From a bacterium (GTDB lineage: Bacteria > Patescibacteriota > Minisyncoccia > JBBINA01): 64,000 nt of DNA. The notes beneath the pieces were generated by a model. That model ran no database searches. It had not been told where the DNA came from and worked only from the letters and a program-made list of their open reading frames with translations. Both the position numbers and the translations under genes were made by a program. Positions 31,996 through 42,083 of this stretch are shown here, one piece after another (position 1 is the first letter of the stretch; each line of letters opens with the position of its first letter). The DNA lies in contig JBBINA010000002.1 in NCBI GenBank assembly GCA_037444125.1, positions 6,272 through 70,271 of the forward strand, read 5' to 3'.

Positions 31996-32466
31996 TTAAA
32001 AGGAGTCTACCTCCTCAATTTTTTCCAATTTATATCTTTGTTCTGCCCCATTTGCATCTATTTTTTTAATAGTCGCCAAAAAATTTCTCTGAACGCTCCC
32101 TGATATTCCTGTTGTTTTTATATACTTATTATCAAAACTGCTTTCAACAGGTAAAATTAAGCAAGTCATATCAGGTGATATAGCAATATTTTCATTGCCG
32201 ATGTAACTTATATTGTTTCTAAAATTAAGCAGAGCAATATCCATACACGAAACACCAGCATAATAACTTTTATGGTAAGCTATTTTCTCTGGCAGTAAAA
32301 GCATCGTAGATATCAAACTTTTCATTGTTGTTAGAAGTATGGCTGAAGAAATAGAAAAAATTATTATAATTGTAAGAAGTAATATTTGGCCAGAACTATA
32401 AAATGGTAAACTTATTTTTTTGTTCCAAATCATTATTTTACTGTTGGTCTTAAGATAAAATCCCAC
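31996..32466 (-). CDS. hypothetical membrane protein in the pilus cluster (possible PilN/PilO-like or minor pilin)
   Basis: Single N-terminal TM. Context only. Confidence 0.3.
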   Translation of the reverse strand: MGFYLKTNSKIMIWNKKISLPFYSSGQILLLTIIIIFSISSAILLTTMKSLISTMLLLPEKIAYHKSYYAGVSCMDIALLNFRNNISYIGNENIAISPDMTCLILPVESSFDNKYIKTTGISGSVQRNFLATIKKIDANGAEQRYKLEKIEEVDSF

Positions 32467-33554
32467 TTAATGAATTTCTTTGAATAAGAATCAATACGAA
32501 CTGCTGGTAAACTATCGTTTATTGACCCTGAACTTGAAAGAATAATCTTATCATTTGTTTCAGCGTTTATTACTTCTAAAGTACCCTCTAAGAGAACCAA
32601 CCCTCCAGACGACAACTGTATAACCGCTTCTTTATTGTTTTTTATTAAAATAATATTAAATCGACTATCTTGTTTAGGTAAATCCTCAGCTATAGCAAAA
32701 GCGCGAAAAGTTATCCCTTCATTATTAGTAATAAATAAAGAATTGGGAAAGCTTTGCTCTTCAAGCAATGAAGTTTTATAACCTTCGTAAACTAATATTT
32801 CATCTTTTTCTTTAACCGGCAATAAATTTTTAAGTGGGAATTCTCTAATTTCGCCAGCTTCACTACGGAAAATCTTACCTTCGCCAACAAAATTAGTAAT
32901 TCTAAAATCGCCCCTAGACATCTCTAAACTTTTCTCCTCATTAACTATTTGAAAATCATCCATATAAGCAAATTCTTCATCAATATACACTTTAACCTTC
33001 CAAACACCAATAAAACTTTTTTCATCCCGACCTTCACTCTTAAGTTCATTAAAGTTTAACATATCGCTTATCCAATAATAGATAAAGTGATCAATACCAG
33101 TTTCTAAAGGTGGCCTAGTTTTAACTGAATATTCTTTTATTAATAAACCAGATGGGTCATACCACTCCCACCTAACCAGATGCTGATCTTTGATGAAAAA
33201 TTGGCTATTGGTAATCCTCAGCCAGCTATAAATATACTTTGTCTTATTAATATTAAAGACATTAGCTCTACCAAGAGGCAAGCCGTTATCTGGATTTATT
33301 TTCGAGACAAAAGCATAATCCCAAACAACAATTTTTTCCACTGATTTTAAATTCGGCTTATTTTCTTGTTCGCTAGCTTTTGATTTTAAGGAAAAGTCAT
33401 TATAAAACTTTTTTGCCGCATAATAATATATAACTTTTATGCCAATAGCTAATAAAAAAGAGACTAAAGCCGCGCCCACAAACAATCTTGCAAGTATATC
33501 GCTTAAGGGAAATTTTTTCTTAACTTGACTTTTCTTTTTTCTTCTTTTTGTCAT
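32433..33554 (-). CDS. hypothetical bitopic membrane protein in the pilus cluster
   Basis: Basic N-terminus, one TM, beta-rich extracytoplasmic domain. No family recognised. Confidence 0.35.
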   Translation of the reverse strand: MTKRRKKKSQVKKKFPLSDILARLFVGAALVSFLLAIGIKVIYYYAAKKFYNDFSLKSKASEQENKPNLKSVEKIVVWDYAFVSKINPDNGLPLGRANVFNINKTKYIYSWLRITNSQFFIKDQHLVRWEWYDPSGLLIKEYSVKTRPPLETGIDHFIYYWISDMLNFNELKSEGRDEKSFIGVWKVKVYIDEEFAYMDDFQIVNEEKSLEMSRGDFRITNFVGEGKIFRSEAGEIREFPLKNLLPVKEKDEILVYEGYKTSLLEEQSFPNSLFITNNEGITFRAFAIAEDLPKQDSRFNIILIKNNKEAVIQLSSGGLVLLEGTLEVINAETNDKIILSSSGSINDSLPAVRIDSYSKKFIKWDFILRPTVK

Positions 33555-33565
33555 ATAGATTTTGA

Positions 33566-35374
33566 TTACATCTTTTTGTAATATGCGTTTTTAACCATTA
33601 CGCCTCCGGCAAAATAATGGCCTAAGTCAGTTTTGAGAGTATATGTTCTCACCCATATCTTCCTCTTAGATATCTGTGTAACCTTTTGAAGCACTAGCTT
33701 GCTATTTTCGCTATCTAAGATTGTCAAAAAATCACCTACTTTAATATCCCGCGCAGGCAGCCAAGCATCATTAACCCAAACTAAATGATTACCGGTTAAC
33801 TCAAGATCAAAACTATCTCCTTTAAGTCGATAAATAGTTAAGCTTGAGGGTTCTTTTGACCAAACGGCCTCTACTGTTTGATTAATAATATGCCCTTCTT
33901 TAAAGCCATAGATTGTATCTTTAGACCTTATATCTTCTATTTTCTTACCCGACCCTGAAATTATAGTGTATCCAATTACGCTTCCCCCTCCACCACCACT
34001 TCCTGGAGGCGGTGGTTCATCAGAAGGTGGCGGTTCTTCTATGTCGCTACAACGTATACCAATACATTCGCATCGAATAAATGGTCGACATAAACAATCT
34101 TCGCCAATACATTGGTCAATAAATACTCTAACTTCTACCTGCCTACTGATTTCGCTATTATCCCCATAACAAGTTAAATTATAAGTTGTAGTATACAATG
34201 GACTTACTTGCTGTGAACCCATAACAGGCTTATTGCCGCTCCATCCTCCTGAAGCAACACAAAAATTAGTATTAGACGACGACCAAATTAAAGTAGAACT
34301 TTCTCCCTTTTGAATACTAGTTGGATCAGCGCTAAATGTTAATGTAGGTGGTAGAGGATTAATTTTAATCTGGCAGCTGGTGGAAACAGTTTGCGTGCCA
34401 GAACTTACTTGCACTGTAGCTGTGTAATTCCCTGAGCTTGAAAATGATTTAGTGCAGGACGAATTACTTCCTGTGCAAGCTCCTGACCAGGAATAAGTAT
34501 AAGTTCCTGTTCCTCCTGAAGCTGAGGCAGTAAAGGTAACTGGTTGATTGACTAGGGCAGGATTGGGTGAAGCAGAACAAGAAACGCTGAGTCTAGGGAT
34601 AACCCTTACTACCACTGATTCAACACTGCTGCCGCCTTCTCCAGCGCAAGATAAAATATAGGTTGTAGTCAGAGTAGGTTTAATTATTTGTGTTCCGCTT
34701 GTATTTTGAGCTTCCTTCCAGCCTCCGGAAGCACTACAGCTATCAGCATATTGCGTTGACCAAACCAGAATAGAACTGTCGCCTTCCACAATAACATCAG
34801 GGCTAGCTGAAAAAGTGATTACAGGCGGCGGGACTAAAACAATAATAGTTTCATCTTCCGGGAAACTACTATAAGTCTGAGAAGATTCAACAGACTTATT
34901 GTCTTTTTTGAAAGTAATTTTCAAATCTATTTTAATATCTTTACTGCCGGGATCATTAGAAATATTAGTAAAATTTAGCGACTCAACCAGAAAATAATTT
35001 GCATTTATTTTTTTCCTCACATAACTTTGACCTGCTCCTTCTTCAAGATATAAATCATTATTAACCGTGGAAAAAATAGTTGGGTCGCGCACTGATTCAC
35101 TATATCTTAATATTAACCTGTTACTTGTGCTAGCTGGAAGCGGCTCCAAAACAAAATCTGCCTCTTTAATTTTATTTTCAATAAGATTATAAATTGATTC
35201 AAGATCATCGGATAACTCCTTCTCTATCCTAATATCATGCGCCTTGGGAAAAAATGTCAAAAACGAACCTATGACGCTTACAGCAATAATTGAAAAAATA
35301 CCAAGCGCAATACTCACTTCCATTATAGTAAAACCGTTTGTTTTCAGTTTGCAATAATCTCTGTCTTTCATCAT
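33566..35374 (-). CDS. type IV pilin-like protein with Ig-like repeats, Cys-rich/Pro-Gly linker and C-terminal Hint (intein/Hedgehog-like) domain
   Basis: N-terminal prepilin motif NGFTIMEVSIALGIFSIIA. Two copies of an about 85-aa repeat (TFSA.P..I..G.SS.L.WS...C.ASGGW...TTY.L.C) flank a PKD-like repeat (YTYSWSG). The C-terminus has Hint blocks: S465 VIGYTIISG (A), LTGNHLVW (B, TxxH), DIKVGDFL, VRTYTLKTDLGHYFAGGVMVKN (F/G). Confidence 0.55.
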   Translation of the reverse strand: MMKDRDYCKLKTNGFTIMEVSIALGIFSIIAVSVIGSFLTFFPKAHDIRIEKELSDDLESIYNLIENKIKEADFVLEPLPASTSNRLILRYSESVRDPTIFSTVNNDLYLEEGAGQSYVRKKINANYFLVESLNFTNISNDPGSKDIKIDLKITFKKDNKSVESSQTYSSFPEDETIIVLVPPPVITFSASPDVIVEGDSSILVWSTQYADSCSASGGWKEAQNTSGTQIIKPTLTTTYILSCAGEGGSSVESVVVRVIPRLSVSCSASPNPALVNQPVTFTASASGGTGTYTYSWSGACTGSNSSCTKSFSSSGNYTATVQVSSGTQTVSTSCQIKINPLPPTLTFSADPTSIQKGESSTLIWSSSNTNFCVASGGWSGNKPVMGSQQVSPLYTTTYNLTCYGDNSEISRQVEVRVFIDQCIGEDCLCRPFIRCECIGIRCSDIEEPPPSDEPPPPGSGGGGGSVIGYTIISGSGKKIEDIRSKDTIYGFKEGHIINQTVEAVWSKEPSSLTIYRLKGDSFDLELTGNHLVWVNDAWLPARDIKVGDFLTILDSENSKLVLQKVTQISKRKIWVRTYTLKTDLGHYFAGGVMVKNAYYKKM

Positions 35375-35493
35375 AAATAAAAACCAAAACCCATCTATTT
35401 TTTATATTATAATTATTATAAATAATTAAAGTTTGTTTTAAAGACATTTTAAAACCATTCATAACTACCGTCGCTTTCTAAAACAATTTTCAT

Positions 35494-35943
35494 CTAATCT
35501 TCGCTCAACTTAGCAATATACAAACTCACAGTTGATTTAGGTTTTATTCCAGAAACAAAGTCTTCTTTCGTATAAATATTGATAATCACTTTTTTTAAAT
35601 CCTTTTTTTCATCTTCAATAATCACTTCTTTAATAAAATATTTATCGTCCTGTTCTAAACTAAAAGGTACAAGAACCCAATCTTTCAATAAATGGTCAAA
35701 CCTAAGATAATATCTTCCGGCGACAAGGTTATCAAATGATTTTTTCCTTAATGAAAGAATGGCCTCAGCGTTTTGTCTGAGTTCAATTGATACCAAAAAA
35801 TTTTTATAATTAATAGCGCTACTAACGCCTACTTCAATTAAAAAATAAATTATTAAAAACGAAAAAGCGGTTAAAATACCAACTGCGATTAATATTTCAA
35901 TAAGAGAAAAGCCATTTTTTCTATTAAACATTCTATTAAGCAT
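35494..35943 (-). CDS. type IV (pseudo)pilin
   Basis: N-terminal KNGFSLIEILIAVGIL class III signal / N-methylation motif. Confidence 0.7.
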   Translation of the reverse strand: MLNRMFNRKNGFSLIEILIAVGILTAFSFLIIYFLIEVGVSSAINYKNFLVSIELRQNAEAILSLRKKSFDNLVAGRYYLRFDHLLKDWVLVPFSLEQDDKYFIKEVIIEDEKKDLKKVIINIYTKEDFVSGIKPKSTVSLYIAKLSED

Positions 35944-35944
35944 A

Positions 35945-36403
35945 TCATTGGATATAATTGGTTAAACCAAGATGATTAATCTGAATTTTTTTTGTTTTAT
36001 CACCAAAAACTATAATAAACTCCACCTGATCATAATCTTTAAGATAACCTGTGCGTCTTTCAAACACAAATTCAGTTATACTACCAACAATCTTTATTGA
36101 AGAAGGAATGACAAACTTCTCATCTTTAGCTGAGTTTCTCGATAAATAACTTTGTCCCTCAAAAATATAGTATTCGCCATCAAAAATTTTTATACCATAT
36201 TCAGTATTGCGATAAATCGCATACGATCGTGCCTTATTAAGCTGAATAGAGAAATCTTGCACAAAACTATCAAGGTTCTGACTTCTATAGAAATTAACCG
36301 ATGTTAGAAACAAGATGCCAATTAAACTAGACAAAATAAACATGACTATAGCCATTTCTATTAATGAAAACCCCCCAATCTCTCTCATACTATTATTCAA
36401 CAT
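35945..36403 (-). CDS. type IV (pseudo)pilin
   Basis: N-terminal IGGFSLIEMAIVMFIL prepilin motif. Confidence 0.7.
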   Translation of the reverse strand: MLNNSMREIGGFSLIEMAIVMFILSSLIGILFLTSVNFYRSQNLDSFVQDFSIQLNKARSYAIYRNTEYGIKIFDGEYYIFEGQSYLSRNSAKDEKFVIPSSIKIVGSITEFVFERRTGYLKDYDQVEFIIVFGDKTKKIQINHLGLTNYIQ

Positions 36404-37463
36404 TAAGTACTTGGATAAACCGTAAAATCGGCAAAAGCACAGAAAAAGCTAAAAACAAAACCACTCCTCCCGTAAACATCAACATAAATGGTTCAAGTAA
36501 ATTGGTAACTTTTAATATAAAATCTTTGATTTCGCCTTCATAAAATTCACCTAGATACCTAAAGGAATTTTTTAAATTACCAGTCTCCTCGCCAATTTTT
36601 ATAACCTCAACCGCTAGTTCATCAAAAAAAAATGTGTTTGCTTCTTTTAATGATTCGGACAAATACTTTCCGCCCACAACTTTATGATTAATCTCGTCCA
36701 AAATATTTCGAAAATACAAATTAGCACTATTCTCTTCTATTACCCTTAATCCCACATTCAAGCTCAAACCACTCTTTAAAGTAATGGCAAGATTGTTATA
36801 AAAAATTGACAAAACGGTATTTTTCAAAAAGTTACCGACAATAGGCAGTTTAAAAACAAAACGATGAACTAAAAATCTAAACTTAAGGACAGTAGCATAA
36901 AGAAAATAAAATATGGCGCTTAAAACAAAAATGCCGATGATAAAAGAAAAAACAAGAAAAGGCGAACTTAAAATCCTGCCCAAGGCAAGCAAAATTCTAG
37001 TTTGCATTGGCAGCTCCATTGGAAATTGCTGAAAAACGCTAAGCAGTTTTGGGAAAACATAAAAAATAATAAATAAACAAATCGCTAAAACTAGCCCCAG
37101 AACCAACAAGGGATATGTCATAGCATTAATAATCTCCTTTTCCAACTTCAGATTTTTCTCGTAATACTTCTTTAATATCTCTAGACCATCCTCTAGCTTG
37201 CCTGAAGACTCGGCAATTCTGATAATATTAATAAACATCTTATCAAACAATTTGGGAAATTTAGCAAAAGAATTAGCTAAAGTATTACCTCGTTTAATCG
37301 AAATAGAGATTTCCCCCAATTCATTATTAATACTGTTGATATATCTTTGTTTTGTTAAAAAATCAAAAGCCATCAAAATAGAAACGCCTGATTTAAGCAA
37401 AAGCATAAGGTTATGAACCAAAAAAATCTTTTTCTCAAAATTAATTTTTGGCCTAAACAACAT
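36393..37463 (-). CDS. pilC: type IV pilus platform protein PilC (GspF family)
   Basis: Polytopic membrane protein with two GspF-like repeats. Lies immediately downstream of pilB. Confidence 0.8.
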   Translation of the reverse strand: MLFRPKINFEKKIFLVHNLMLLLKSGVSILMAFDFLTKQRYINSINNELGEISISIKRGNTLANSFAKFPKLFDKMFINIIRIAESSGKLEDGLEILKKYYEKNLKLEKEIINAMTYPLLVLGLVLAICLFIIFYVFPKLLSVFQQFPMELPMQTRILLALGRILSSPFLVFSFIIGIFVLSAIFYFLYATVLKFRFLVHRFVFKLPIVGNFLKNTVLSIFYNNLAITLKSGLSLNVGLRVIEENSANLYFRNILDEINHKVVGGKYLSESLKEANTFFFDELAVEVIKIGEETGNLKNSFRYLGEFYEGEIKDFILKVTNLLEPFMLMFTGGVVLFLAFSVLLPILRFIQVLNVE

Positions 37464-37466
37464 ATT

Positions 37467-39176
37467 TTATTCAAGAGTAAGTCTGATAACCTCTTCGAAA
37501 GTAGTAATACCCTGCTTAATCTTCTTCGCTGCATCATCTAACATAGTTTGCATCCCGTTTTTATTTATAGCTATTTTATTGATTTCGTCAGAATTGGCTC
37601 TTTTCATAATTAAAGATCGTATTAAATCATTTGTTTCCAAAAGCTCAAAAACGCCGGTTCTACCATAATAACCAGTGAATGAACATTTTTGACAACCCTC
37701 GCCCCGATATATGTATTTAATCTTGTTGCGGATAAGCTTTTCAAGAATTTTTTTAGACAACCCGCTTAAATATTTGTATTTCTTTTTATAGATTGAAATC
37801 TGGCTTTCTTTCTTGCATCTATCACAAATTTTCCTAACAAGCCTTTGACCAATTACTAAATTTATTGATGAAGCAATTAAAAATGGCTCAACGCCAAAAT
37901 CTAATAAGCGAACAAACGATGAGGCAGCATTATTTGTATGAAGCGTAGAAAGCACCAAATGGCCAGTTAACGAAGCATTAATGGAGATAAATGCTGTATC
38001 ACGGTCCCGTATCTCGCCCACCATAATAATATTCGGGTCTTGCCTTAAAATCGAACGAAGCCCTTTTGCAAAAGTAAGATTAACGGTTTCGTTTACCTCT
38101 ATTTGGTTAACCATAGAAATTGTATATTCAATTGGATCTTCTATGGTCATAATATTTACATTTTCATTATTAAGTCGTCTGGCTATACCATATAAAGTGG
38201 TTGTCTTGCCCGAACCTGTGGGTCCTGTCGATAAAATCATACCATAAGATTTAGTAATGTTTCTTTCTATTATTTCCAATTTAGATTTATCTAGTCCCAT
38301 ATTATCTAAACTCAATCCCTCTTTCTCCTCTTTTAAAATTCTAAAAACTATCTTCTCGCCATAATAAACAGGTATAATCGATACTCGTATATCAAAATTT
38401 TCTTCTCCAAACTTATAACGAAACTTTCCGTCTTGAGGCCTTAAATGCTCATCAATACGCATCTTTGATAATATTTTTACACGCATCAGTAATAATTTAA
38501 GAGCGTACAAAGGAATTTCAAAAATTTTATGCAGTAAACCGTCAATCCTGAATCTTAAATAAGCAGAGTTTTCCTGAGGTTCAATATGCAAATCTGAGGC
38601 TCTAGCCTGAATGGAATATTTAATCAAATTGTTTAAAAGGCTTATAATAGTATCGTCAGGTATATTTTCCTCTTTGGTTTCTTTTATTTTATCTATATTA
38701 GAATGAATTAACTCGTATATGGAAAAACCTGCTCCAGCAACTGAACTTACAACTCTAACTTTAGCACTTGAATCATCGATAAACTTCTTTAAAAATTTCT
38801 CAATATAAGCAGTAGGTGCATAATACATTCTCACATTTTTATTTATTTTGGCTTTAATCAGTTCAGCCAAAAGCTCGTTATTTGGTTTACTTGTAATTAT
38901 CTTCACTGTTTCATCCTCAATATCAATAGGAATTATCTTTCTGTATTTTAAAAACTCTATAGGAAAAAGTTCAAGAACTTCCTGTTTAATAAATTTAATC
39001 GTTTCAGGATCAATATAGTTAATAGAAAATGCGCTCCGAGCAATAAAATCTAAAAGGCGAAAGTCGATTTGCTTTTTGGCTCGTTCAATTATTTTATCTA
39101 ATAACTCAGGCTTTCTTGAAAATATTGCAGACTCTCTAGCAATTTTATCTTTTTCCTCAGTAGTTAAATCTGACAA
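37467..39176 (-). CDS. pilB: type IV pilus assembly ATPase PilB (GspE family)
   Basis: Walker A GPTGSGKTTT, Asp/His boxes, and a C-terminal tetracysteine motif CDRC...CQKC. Confidence 0.9.
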   Translation of the reverse strand: MSDLTTEEKDKIARESAIFSRKPELLDKIIERAKKQIDFRLLDFIARSAFSINYIDPETIKFIKQEVLELFPIEFLKYRKIIPIDIEDETVKIITSKPNNELLAELIKAKINKNVRMYYAPTAYIEKFLKKFIDDSSAKVRVVSSVAGAGFSIYELIHSNIDKIKETKEENIPDDTIISLLNNLIKYSIQARASDLHIEPQENSAYLRFRIDGLLHKIFEIPLYALKLLLMRVKILSKMRIDEHLRPQDGKFRYKFGEENFDIRVSIIPVYYGEKIVFRILKEEKEGLSLDNMGLDKSKLEIIERNITKSYGMILSTGPTGSGKTTTLYGIARRLNNENVNIMTIEDPIEYTISMVNQIEVNETVNLTFAKGLRSILRQDPNIIMVGEIRDRDTAFISINASLTGHLVLSTLHTNNAASSFVRLLDFGVEPFLIASSINLVIGQRLVRKICDRCKKESQISIYKKKYKYLSGLSKKILEKLIRNKIKYIYRGEGCQKCSFTGYYGRTGVFELLETNDLIRSLIMKRANSDEINKIAINKNGMQTMLDDAAKKIKQGITTFEEVIRLTLE

Positions 39177-39272
39177 TAACCTGCCGCTCTTAACTATTTT
39201 TTCGATAAAGCTGTTTTTTTATTTTTTATCCTTTTTGTCCATAGTAAAATTATAAAAACAAAAAAATGAAAA

Positions 39273-41135
39273 TCAACTTTTGGCAATTTCTCTACCCTCT
39301 ATCTTGCTGGCTAGCTTTAACAACATACTTGCTGACCACAATTGAATAGGCGAACCATTGGGATTAAAAGTTCCGGCATCGGAAAGTTCACTTGAAAAAG
39401 CTAAACCATTAAACCAGAAAAAATCACTTACAAGCTTCTTATATATTGTTAGGGCTTTAGCAATATATTTTTTAAAATCCAACAAGCAAAAAGCAGTAAT
39501 AGCATTTAAAAAAAACCAGCTGTCCCCATTATGATAACTCAAGGGGTTTTCGCCTGTATGGCAGGATTGATAAGAAAGACTACTTCTTGCCACGCTTGCT
39601 AATCCTCCCCAATCAAGCCAAAGATTTTCTAATGTTTTATCTATGACTCTCTGCCAATCAACCTTGCTCAGTAGATCAGGAAAAAAATAATAAGCCAAAA
39701 AAATATTGGGTCTAATTTCAGTAAAATAATTGGCTCTATCGGCTAATACCAAACCATTCCAAAATGTTTTTAGAATATGTTCCTGACGGACCCTTAACAT
39801 CTTAAACCACTTAGGATTTTTACTTAGTCTACCAGCTTGTTTTAACAAAGCCAAAATCAAGGCCTCAATTTCAATTAGGGATCCGTTTCTCTCCTTAAGA
39901 GAATCCATCCACTGCGAATAAGCTGACACAGAAGAAAGAGAAAGTATATTGCCCTTCAAATTACCATCAATAAATTTTTTTAACCACTTGAAGAATATTT
40001 CTAATGCAAGCTCTTTTAAATTGCCATCAATCTTATTCCGCGAACCAAATGTCTCTAGTATTTTTAGGAAAAAAATTAATGTGCCATCGTAGCTTGGCGC
40101 CTCAGAAAAAGTTAAATCTAGATTAAAATAATTAGGCAAAAATGTATTCCTCTCGACAAAATCCAAACGCCATTTAAGAAAGTCGCAAAGCTCTTTTTTT
40201 GATAGAACTTTTAATAAAACATCAAGAGAAATAGCTTCATCGCGCAGCCAAAACTGAGTAAACCATGGTAAACCAGCATAAAAAAAGGGTATACCGCCAA
40301 CCATTACTTTGAGGCGCGATATTGATTCCTTAATCTCTTGCTCCAAAAAAGAATAGCTAATATCGTCAACACTAACATTGATAGGCTTAAGGGTAAGCGT
40401 TTGAACAAAAGATGCGTCTTTGTCAACCTCCATATTCTTTATCAACTGATTTAAATTTTTCTCCGCTGTTATTAAAAATCCTTTGGAAACAAAAGCAATT
40501 TTCTTACAAGTATATAAAGTATCAGGAAACGAGCGCCGATGCCAATCATATAAATATTCCCTCCTTACCCATTCATCAAAGATCTCAATATCTCCCAAAA
40601 AATCTCCAGTTATTGCTTTTATGCCAATAAACAAAGTATAGCTATTAGCATTTTGCGTATAATCATACTTTAAAATAATTGATTGGGTATTTTTGCTTAT
40701 AATCTCAAAATGTCTACCAAATTCTGGATATTCAAAAATTCTTCTAGGATCTAAAAAAAGCGTTTGCTTTTTCCTAACCGACAAACAATAAATGAACGCG
40801 TTCTCGCTGGTAATGAATTTAAAACCCTCATTAACCTCTTTATACAGCCTCCCACCTATATTGCCAAAAACATTAAGCAAACCTATGGGTCTAGTATTTT
40901 CGATTTCAATATCCTCTAAAATCTTAAAAAGTTTCCCATCTAAATTAAAATAAAGACCCTGAAAACGAGTAGCAAAATTATCACTCTCTAAAAAAAATCC
41001 ACCAATACCATTACTTACGCATATAAAACGATTACCACTATTACTATCAACTTCTTTAGTTATCAGTCTATTTTTATACAGATGTGCAAGAATCATAATA
41101 TTACTTAACCTCATATTACTTAACCTCCTTCGCAA
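39273..41135 (-). CDS. glycogen debranching enzyme-like protein (amylo-alpha-1,6-glucosidase / six-hairpin glycosidase family)
   Basis: C-terminal SYHNGDSWFF-type segment and context with glycogen synthase, GH57 and GalT-like genes. Family assignment is from pattern memory only. Confidence 0.45.
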   Translation of the reverse strand: MRRRLSNMRLSNIMILAHLYKNRLITKEVDSNSGNRFICVSNGIGGFFLESDNFATRFQGLYFNLDGKLFKILEDIEIENTRPIGLLNVFGNIGGRLYKEVNEGFKFITSENAFIYCLSVRKKQTLFLDPRRIFEYPEFGRHFEIISKNTQSIILKYDYTQNANSYTLFIGIKAITGDFLGDIEIFDEWVRREYLYDWHRRSFPDTLYTCKKIAFVSKGFLITAEKNLNQLIKNMEVDKDASFVQTLTLKPINVSVDDISYSFLEQEIKESISRLKVMVGGIPFFYAGLPWFTQFWLRDEAISLDVLLKVLSKKELCDFLKWRLDFVERNTFLPNYFNLDLTFSEAPSYDGTLIFFLKILETFGSRNKIDGNLKELALEIFFKWLKKFIDGNLKGNILSLSSVSAYSQWMDSLKERNGSLIEIEALILALLKQAGRLSKNPKWFKMLRVRQEHILKTFWNGLVLADRANYFTEIRPNIFLAYYFFPDLLSKVDWQRVIDKTLENLWLDWGGLASVARSSLSYQSCHTGENPLSYHNGDSWFFLNAITAFCLLDFKKYIAKALTIYKKLVSDFFWFNGLAFSSELSDAGTFNPNGSPIQLWSASMLLKLASKIEGREIAKS

Positions 41136-42019
41136 GATAAAAAAAATCGCGTCGCCTCCTCAGGAGATACGCTAATAATATATTCGTCGGTACCCAATTC
41201 ATAAGCGCCGTGAATATTGATTCTAGGTATAACCTTTAGATGAAAATGCAAATAATCATCAGAGGAAAACACATTATGAAAATAAATATTATAGGCACAA
41301 TCTAGTTTTTTAAGACCTTTTAATAAAAAATACAGGTGAGACGATAACTCTCTAAGTTCTGTTTCATTTAAAGCAATAAAGGATAAATTGTGATGCCTAG
41401 ACATAACAATAGTTTCATAATTAAATCGCGGGGCATAAACAGTTAAAGTGACAAAATTGTCGGTTGTTTTTATATTTCTTTGTGAGTCAAGTTCATTATT
41501 TAAAAGCTCACAATAATGACAAATGCCATTTTCATATGCTTTTTTCGTTTCAAAAATAAGTTTATCCGGTTTAAATTGCATAACAAGCAGTTGGCTATGC
41601 GAATGAGCAATAGATGCGCCCGCTTCTTTACCACGATTTTTAAAAAGAAAAATATAAACCGGCTTAAACTCAGATTTGAGAAATCGACATGAGTCCTGCC
41701 AAAAAAGAATAATTTGCAAAAGCTCATCTTGAGAAAAATCCCAAAACTCTTTACTATGAATAGGCGTCTCAATAATAACAAAATGATCTCCCAAACTCCC
41801 GCTTATAAAAGGATATTTATTCAAAATTAGCCGTTGGTGCCAGTAATATTTAGACCCTTTGCTCAAATACTCCTGGGTAGTCAAGTGTTCTTCGCCGGGG
41901 CAAAAAACACAAGATAACCCTTGACTTTGTTTGTTGTCATCATAATATTGAGGGCGTTTAGAACGCGCTTCTACGATTATACTTTTATGCCCTAAAATTT
42001 TATCTCGCCGCACCTCCAT
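41120..42019 (-). CDS. GalT-like nucleotidyltransferase (HIT superfamily; hexose-1-phosphate uridylyl/ADP-glucose phosphorylase-like)
   Basis: Zinc motif CVFCPGEE and HxHxQ active-site motif AHSHSQ. Confidence 0.6.
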   Translation of the reverse strand: MEVRRDKILGHKSIIVEARSKRPQYYDDNKQSQGLSCVFCPGEEHLTTQEYLSKGSKYYWHQRLILNKYPFISGSLGDHFVIIETPIHSKEFWDFSQDELLQIILFWQDSCRFLKSEFKPVYIFLFKNRGKEAGASIAHSHSQLLVMQFKPDKLIFETKKAYENGICHYCELLNNELDSQRNIKTTDNFVTLTVYAPRFNYETIVMSRHHNLSFIALNETELRELSSHLYFLLKGLKKLDCAYNIYFHNVFSSDDYLHFHLKVIPRINIHGAYELGTDEYIISVSPEEATRFFLSCEGG

Positions 42020-42083
42020 ATATAATAAAACAAAATTAACGATTTATTACTTCTATGTCAAAATTTTATAAAATTAATTTAAA

